From positions 2,240,001 through 2,304,000 of the forward strand of contig CBDFJF010000001.1 of NCBI GenBank assembly GCA_965248265.1: a stretch of 64,000 nt of DNA. The letters run 5' to 3'. The DNA is from Candidatus Latescibacterota bacterium. GTDB lineage: Bacteria; Latescibacterota; UBA2968; UBA8231. Shown piece by piece: positions 58,919 to 64,000 of this stretch. The position numbers were made by a program, and so were the translations under genes. Numbering within the stretch: the stretch's first letter is position 1; the number at the start of each line of letters is the position of its first letter. The notes beneath the pieces are model-generated. The model saw only the letters and a list, made by a program, of their open reading frames with translations, had not been told where the DNA came from and did not search any database.

Positions 58919-61171
58919 ATGCGCAAGGTCCGGTACTGCGTGAGTCGGTGGACGGTGCTTGGCGCCTCGTCGACCCTCATGCTGACTGCATCCGCCGGCG
59001 CTGACGGCATCGCGGACCCGGATTCCTCCACGTCAGGGACCTACACCCTCGATCCACATGTCGTCACGACGACCCGTTTGCCGCGTAACATCGAAAAGAT
59101 TCCGTACTCCATCGACGAAATCTCATTCGATGATCTTGCGCCGCGAGAGAGTGGCGTGTCCATCGATGAGTCCCTGCGCCGTTTGCCGGGTCTGTTCGTC
59201 AGTAACCGGCAGAATCTGTCACAGGGCGATCGCCTTTCAATCAGGGGCATCGGCAGCCGGACCAGCTTCGGCGTCCGTGGTGTCCGCGTGCTGCTCGATC
59301 ATATCCCGCTGACCATGCCGGATGGACAATCGCAGTTGAGCAACGTCGACCTCAGCTCGATCGGCCGCATCGACATCATGCGCGGCGCCACCTCCGCCCT
59401 GTACGGAAACGCCGCTGGCGGAGTCGTTCACCTGCACACCCGGGACCCCGGCGCGCCGGGAACCATGGAGATCGAACCCCGCCTGGTGCTAGGATCGTAC
59501 GGTCTTGCCAAGTGGCAGGTGGGGCTCAGACGCAACTTCGTCGAGCACTCCCTGGTAGCGAGCGCCAGCAGGCTGGATCGCGACGGCTACCGCGACCACG
59601 CCGACTCGCGCTCCATCAACCTGAATGCCGTGGGCCGTCATCATATTGGAAAGCACCTGAGGGCGACGACGATCCTCAACATCTATGATGCCCCCTATCT
59701 GCTCAATCCCAGTTCGCTCTCGCGCACGGTTGCGGACGCGGATACGACACGGCGCACGGCACGCATCTTCGTGCGCTCGCAGGGCGCGACCAAGCAGGTA
59801 CGCCAGTTGCAGAGCGGTGCCACCGTCGACTACGACCGGCCTGAGTTCGGACGGCTGCTGTTGACGGCGTACGGACTGACTCGTTCGCTGTCCAACCCGA
59901 TCCCCGGCCGCATCATTGAATTGGAACGCTCCGCGGGCGGATTGCGCTCCGCTTTCGAGCCAACGCGGATCGGCTCGCTGCCGATTCATGCGATTCTCGG
60001 CATCGACCTGGAAGCTCAGAGCGACGACCGCCAGGAATTCGCCAATGGCGGCCTGCCCTCCGAACTCGTCGATGCCCTCGATGCGGACGACGTCCTGGAT
60101 CAGGTCGTCTATGGTAATCGACAGCTCGACCAGCAGGAGCGCGTTTTCGGGATTGGACCGTTTTACGAACTCCAATGGACAACCCACGGAAGCGTAACCT
60201 TCACGACCGGTGGACGCTACGATCGCTACCGCTTCGAGGTCGACGACCGCCTGGCGACCGACGGCATTGATCGCTCCGGCAACCGCACCTTGTCGCGCTT
60301 CAGCCCCATGTTCGGCGCAACCTTCAACCCACGTCCGCAGCTTACCCTGTTCGCCAATTACACCACCGCCTTTCAGACGCCGTCGACCGTCGAACTCGGC
60401 AACAGCGCCTCCTCGGAGGGCGGCTTCAACGATGATCTGGACCCGGAAACCATCCACAGTGTCGAGTTGGGCGCCCGGGGGACTTTCCGAGTTCGTTCAA
60501 GCCCGCTCGATTTCGGCGTCAGTTTTTACCGCTTCGCGATCGACGACATCCTGGTGCCCTTTCAGGTCGCCGACAGTGGGGAGGTGTTTTTCCGCAATGA
60601 GCTCCGCGCGACCAACCTGGGTCTCGAGGTCAATGCGAGTTGGGCGCTGACACGGGTACTGCGAACGGATGTCTCCTACACCAGGTCCAATTTTGAGTAC
60701 GATTCTTTCATCGAGTGTCCCGGAGGCGGAGCTGACTGCCTCACGCATGAAAACAATGACGTACCCGGCATGCCGCAGAACCATGGCTTCGCTCGCCTGG
60801 CCTACGACCGAATCGGCTCTGCCAGCGACGCTGTTGGCGGAGGCGATGTTACTCGAGGCGCTTTCGCTTCCGTTGATCTACGTTGGGTAGGAGAGTACTT
60901 CGCCAATGATTTCAATGGACCCAGTATCGCCAGCGACAAGCCCGTCAGTGACTTCCTCAATCCGTCCTACTGGACCTCGGACGTGAGACTCGGCACCCGC
61001 GGTGCGCTCGCCGGCATCCCACTCCGGCTCACAATCGGTATCGACAACCTTTTTGACGAGCGCTACCACGGTTCCGTCGTCCCCAATGCCTTCGGAGATC
61101 GCTTCTTCGAGCCGGCGCCGGGCCGAACCTTCTTCCTCAGCCTCAGTCTTCCGTACTCTCGCACTTCCTGA
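58919..61171 (+). CDS. TonB-dependent receptor
   Basis: VVTTTR, SLRRLPGL, IRGIG, IDIMRGATSALYGNAAGGVV, NLFDERY..PGRTF; start approximate. Confidence 0.92.
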   Translation: MRKVRYCVSRWTVLGASSTLMLTASAGADGIADPDSSTSGTYTLDPHVVTTTRLPRNIEKIPYSIDEISFDDLAPRESGVSIDESLRRLPGLFVSNRQNLSQGDRLSIRGIGSRTSFGVRGVRVLLDHIPLTMPDGQSQLSNVDLSSIGRIDIMRGATSALYGNAAGGVVHLHTRDPGAPGTMEIEPRLVLGSYGLAKWQVGLRRNFVEHSLVASASRLDRDGYRDHADSRSINLNAVGRHHIGKHLRATTILNIYDAPYLLNPSSLSRTVADADTTRRTARIFVRSQGATKQVRQLQSGATVDYDRPEFGRLLLTAYGLTRSLSNPIPGRIIELERSAGGLRSAFEPTRIGSLPIHAILGIDLEAQSDDRQEFANGGLPSELVDALDADDVLDQVVYGNRQLDQQERVFGIGPFYELQWTTHGSVTFTTGGRYDRYRFEVDDRLATDGIDRSGNRTLSRFSPMFGATFNPRPQLTLFANYTTAFQTPSTVELGNSASSEGGFNDDLDPETIHSVELGARGTFRVRSSPLDFGVSFYRFAIDDILVPFQVADSGEVFFRNELRATNLGLEVNASWALTRVLRTDVSYTRSNFEYDSFIECPGGGADCLTHENNDVPGMPQNHGFARLAYDRIGSASDAVGGGDVTRGAFASVDLRWVGEYFANDFNGPSIASDKPVSDFLNPSYWTSDVRLGTRGALAGIPLRLTIGIDNLFDERYHGSVVPNAFGDRFFEPAPGRTFFLSLSLPYSRTS

Positions 61172-62126
61172 GCTTTGCCGCGAAGAAGGCCTCCATGATC
61201 CCGTCGGGAAGGATGCGGACGCCGCGTTCAACCCGCTGGTCGTACTCAGCTTTCTGCCATCGCGTCAATCCGGCGCTGACATTGTGTACATCCGGCAATG
61301 CGATCTCCTCCACTTCGAGGGCTGGCCCAAATTGCTCCAGAGCCCGGTCAATGACCGCCTCGTTTTCCTCGGGAGCAAAGGTGCAGGTGGAGTAGACGAG
61401 AACACCGCCGGGTTTGAGGCAGCGCACCGCCGAGTACATCAGCCGTCGCTGCTTCCGGTTCATTTCGCGAATCTTCTTCTCGCTCCAGTAAGCATGGCCA
61501 GCGGGATCTTGCGCGTGGAACCTGCCCTCCGACGAGCAGGGAGCGTCCAACAGAACGCGGTCGAACTGTTCAGGGCACTGCCGCCATACTTTGGTTCCAT
61601 CCTTGAGATAGGTCTGAACGTTGCTGACCCCATTGCGCTCCAGGTTTGCCCGCATCCGGTGGAAGCGCGAGCGCACCGATTCGACCGCCGAAATCCGACC
61701 CGCGTTCGCCATCAATCCTGCCAGATGGGTCGTCTTGCCGCCGGGGGCAGCCGCCAGATCCAGGACCCAGTCCTCGGCCTGGGGGTCGAGGAGGACAGGT
61801 GGTATCATGCTCGAGGGATTCTGCACATAGATGCGTCCTTCCACGCAAGCGGCGCAACGGGTCAGCGCTGAGCGCTGCGAGTCCGGCACGAAGTAACTGC
61901 CCTCGGGCCATGACATGGTCACGACCTCGAACCCATCGGCCGCCAGTTCTGCCAGAACGCTGTCGCAGGCGCCCATGAGGACGTTCACCCTGAAGGTTCC
62001 CCGAATGGGCCTGGTGAAAGTCTCGAGGCAGGTGTCTACCCTGTCGGCTGGCAGGATTCGTGATAGTCTATCAAGAAACAGCGGTGGAATCGCACCATCA
62101 CTGAGATCGCCAGTAACCCTACTCAT
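61143..62126 (-). CDS. RsmB/RsmF (NOL1/NOP2) RNA m5C methyltransferase
   Basis: YVQNPSSM, VLDLAAAPGGKT, FDRVLLDAPCS, VYSTCTFAPEENE. Confidence 0.93.
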   Translation of the reverse strand: MSRVTGDLSDGAIPPLFLDRLSRILPADRVDTCLETFTRPIRGTFRVNVLMGACDSVLAELAADGFEVVTMSWPEGSYFVPDSQRSALTRCAACVEGRIYVQNPSSMIPPVLLDPQAEDWVLDLAAAPGGKTTHLAGLMANAGRISAVESVRSRFHRMRANLERNGVSNVQTYLKDGTKVWRQCPEQFDRVLLDAPCSSEGRFHAQDPAGHAYWSEKKIREMNRKQRRLMYSAVRCLKPGGVLVYSTCTFAPEENEAVIDRALEQFGPALEVEEIALPDVHNVSAGLTRWQKAEYDQRVERGVRILPDGIMEAFFAAKLRKCESTED

Positions 62127-62243
62127 TGAGATCAATCGTTCGCGAGAAAGGGACAAATAGGCTGATCAAAGGCCAAACACTCCCGATGTGATCCGGACCG
62201 TGCACTTGATATCGCTCCCATATTCACCGATATATAGTATTGG

Positions 62244-63137
62244 GTGCGGAACCGAAACTCATTGAAAGGCATCACCTTGCGCCACTTTCGCTGGTCTCTG
62301 GTTGTCCTTCTGTTGCCGAGTTTGCTGGATGCCCAGTATGTCAAACAGCATGAGACCGACCTTGGGAGTGCGGCCTGGCTTCTATACGTCGTACTGGCCG
62401 CGATCATCCTCATACCTGGCTTCTATCTACTGAAAAGCCGGAACGCCGCCACCCGTCCGAGCAAGGCATCCCGACAGAAGAAGGCCAAGGTTTCCGAGGA
62501 TTTCAAACAGCGCGCCGCCGCGCTCGGTTTCACGGTCGGAGAATCCCGCACCCTGGAGCGCATCGCAACACGCCTGACCCCGAAAACGCCACACAATCTG
62601 CTGGTCACGGGAAGCGGCCAGGATTACCTGATTGCCGATCTCGACAAGCGCATCGCCCAGCGACAGCGCGAAGCGAGACTACTCGAGCGCATCAAAGGCA
62701 AAATCCAGAAGATGCAGGGACGAGATGTACACGAACGCGAAAGCATTCGCGTGGAGGCCGATATGCCTATTTGGGTGGTCAAGAAAGGCAGCCAGGCTTC
62801 GCTGGAGCCCGAGGCGCTGGTAGAGGATGAGGAAGCCGCCGAGGAGGAGGAGGATTTTTTCTCCAACATCGAGTCTGTTTCCGGCCGGCTCGTCGATATC
62901 AGCGAGGGTGGCGCCGCCCTCAGGGTGAATCTGGGTCTGAAGAAGGGAGACCGCCTCACCTTCTGGTCTGCCGACAACCAGATCGTACTGGCCGAGTTGA
63001 CAGGTGGGGTCATAACCGTGAACACCGACGGCGGCGAGACCCCCATGATCCACGTGTACTTCATCGATCCGGATTTACGCGAGTTGCGGCTGGCCCTGGC
63101 CGACATCAGGGAGCGATTTCCCCAAACGTCCGCTTGA
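62244..63137 (+). CDS. membrane-anchored PilZ-domain protein
   Basis: TM segments; ERESIR (RxxxR) and DISEGG motifs; start uncertain. Confidence 0.8.
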   Translation: MRNRNSLKGITLRHFRWSLVVLLLPSLLDAQYVKQHETDLGSAAWLLYVVLAAIILIPGFYLLKSRNAATRPSKASRQKKAKVSEDFKQRAAALGFTVGESRTLERIATRLTPKTPHNLLVTGSGQDYLIADLDKRIAQRQREARLLERIKGKIQKMQGRDVHERESIRVEADMPIWVVKKGSQASLEPEALVEDEEAAEEEEDFFSNIESVSGRLVDISEGGAALRVNLGLKKGDRLTFWSADNQIVLAELTGGVITVNTDGGETPMIHVYFIDPDLRELRLALADIRERFPQTSA

Positions 63138-63148
63138 CCACTCTTCCG

Positions 63149-64000
63149 TCACGCAGCTACTGACTCCATCGCCGGCGTGTAGTCTCCGGAACGCGCCGCG
63201 CCGTTGCAACGGGCGCGATGGTAGAATGCTTTCTGCGCAGCCTCGGCGTTGGCCATCTCCCCTGACCATTCCTTTAGCGCCGGTTCCAACAACGCCCGGC
63301 CATAGGAAAAGCTGAGCTGCCACGGGCAACCGCCGATCGCATTCATGGCGTTGAGATGCTCCGTCGCCTCCTCCGGGCCTTGGCCTCCGGACAGAAAAAC
63401 GATCCCAGGGACGGCCGCCGGAACACTCCTTTTGAAACACCTGACCGTGGCCGCGGCGACCTCCTCCACACTGGCCTGCCTGGGGCAATCCTTCCCCGCC
63501 AGTACCATATTCGGTTTTAGCAGGGATCCTTCCAGATAGACCCGGTGCTCCATCAACTCCGTGTACATGACACTGAGCATGGTTTCAGTCACTTCTTCAC
63601 ATCGCTCAATGTCATGATCGCCAGCCATGAGAATTTCGGGCTCGACGATTGGGACGATGCCGGCTTCCTGCGACAGCGCCGCGTTGCGCGCCAGAGCATG
63701 GGCATTGGCCCGCATGCAGAACGCGGTCGGAATCCCCTCGCCAATGGCGATGGTGGCCCGCCACTTCGAGAACCGGGCCCCGAGTCGACCCCACTCAGCC
63801 AATCGGTCAGCCAGACCGTCCAACCCGCCCGTCACCTTTTCTTCCGGAAAACCACTCAGATCGACGACACCGCTATCCGACTTGATGCCGGGAATCACCC
63901 CGCGTTCGGAAAGTATCTGCGGAAGCGGAGTGCCATCCGCCGCGGACTGCTTGATGGTCTCGTCGTACAGGATGACGCCGCTGATGAACTCTTCCATGCC
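63149..64000 (-). CDS. class I fructose-bisphosphate aldolase (5' end outside the window)
   Basis: ISGVILYDET, ARFSKWR, VPIVEPE, LLKPNMV, FLSGGQ, FSYGRAL. Confidence 0.95.
   Translation of the reverse strand, partial: GMEEFISGVILYDETIKQSAADGTPLPQILSERGVIPGIKSDSGVVDLSGFPEEKVTGGLDGLADRLAEWGRLGARFSKWRATIAIGEGIPTAFCMRANAHALARNAALSQEAGIVPIVEPEILMAGDHDIERCEEVTETMLSVMYTELMEHRVYLEGSLLKPNMVLAGKDCPRQASVEEVAAATVRCFKRSVPAAVPGIVFLSGGQGPEEATEHLNAMNAIGGCPWQLSFSYGRALLEPALKEWSGEMANAEAAQKAFYHRARCNGAARSGDYTPAMESVAA

Overview
GC-rich bacterial chromosome segment. The taxon is probably Candidatus Latescibacterota or a related FCB-group lineage; this is inferred from PorV-like, FlgD/CTD, 'DFFxFADxFG' dockerin/EF-hand and 'TWGxIK' C-terminal motifs. 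The backbone is housekeeping: frameshifted hpt, recA, prmC-prfA-DUF1385-rpmE-rho, dnaG, recQ, rnpB, pyrF, cpoB, bamD, nadD, thrC, an RsmB/F-family methyltransferase, class I aldolase and seven tRNAs. Five things stand out. (1) Three tandem, mosaic, acidic secreted Ig-domain proteins (S-layer-like). (2) A five-copy CGGAG-hairpin array between tRNA-Arg and tRNA-His. (3) A NusG-paralog-led operon encoding a 2,155-aa FG-GAP/Ig surface protein, a CRTAC1-like protein and a PorV-like barrel fused to a Cys-His transglutaminase-like domain and TPRs, followed by a small exported protein and a CHASE2 adenylate cyclase. (4) An integrase-less ~10 kb island at tRNA-Arg(ACG), bounded by a 49-bp direct repeat, carrying an IS3, TIMP-like proteins and a secreted tail-fibre-like gene split by an IS481. 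(5) Several genes broken by 4-5 bp micro-duplications or deletions. All family calls come from motifs recognised by eye; no database searches were run.
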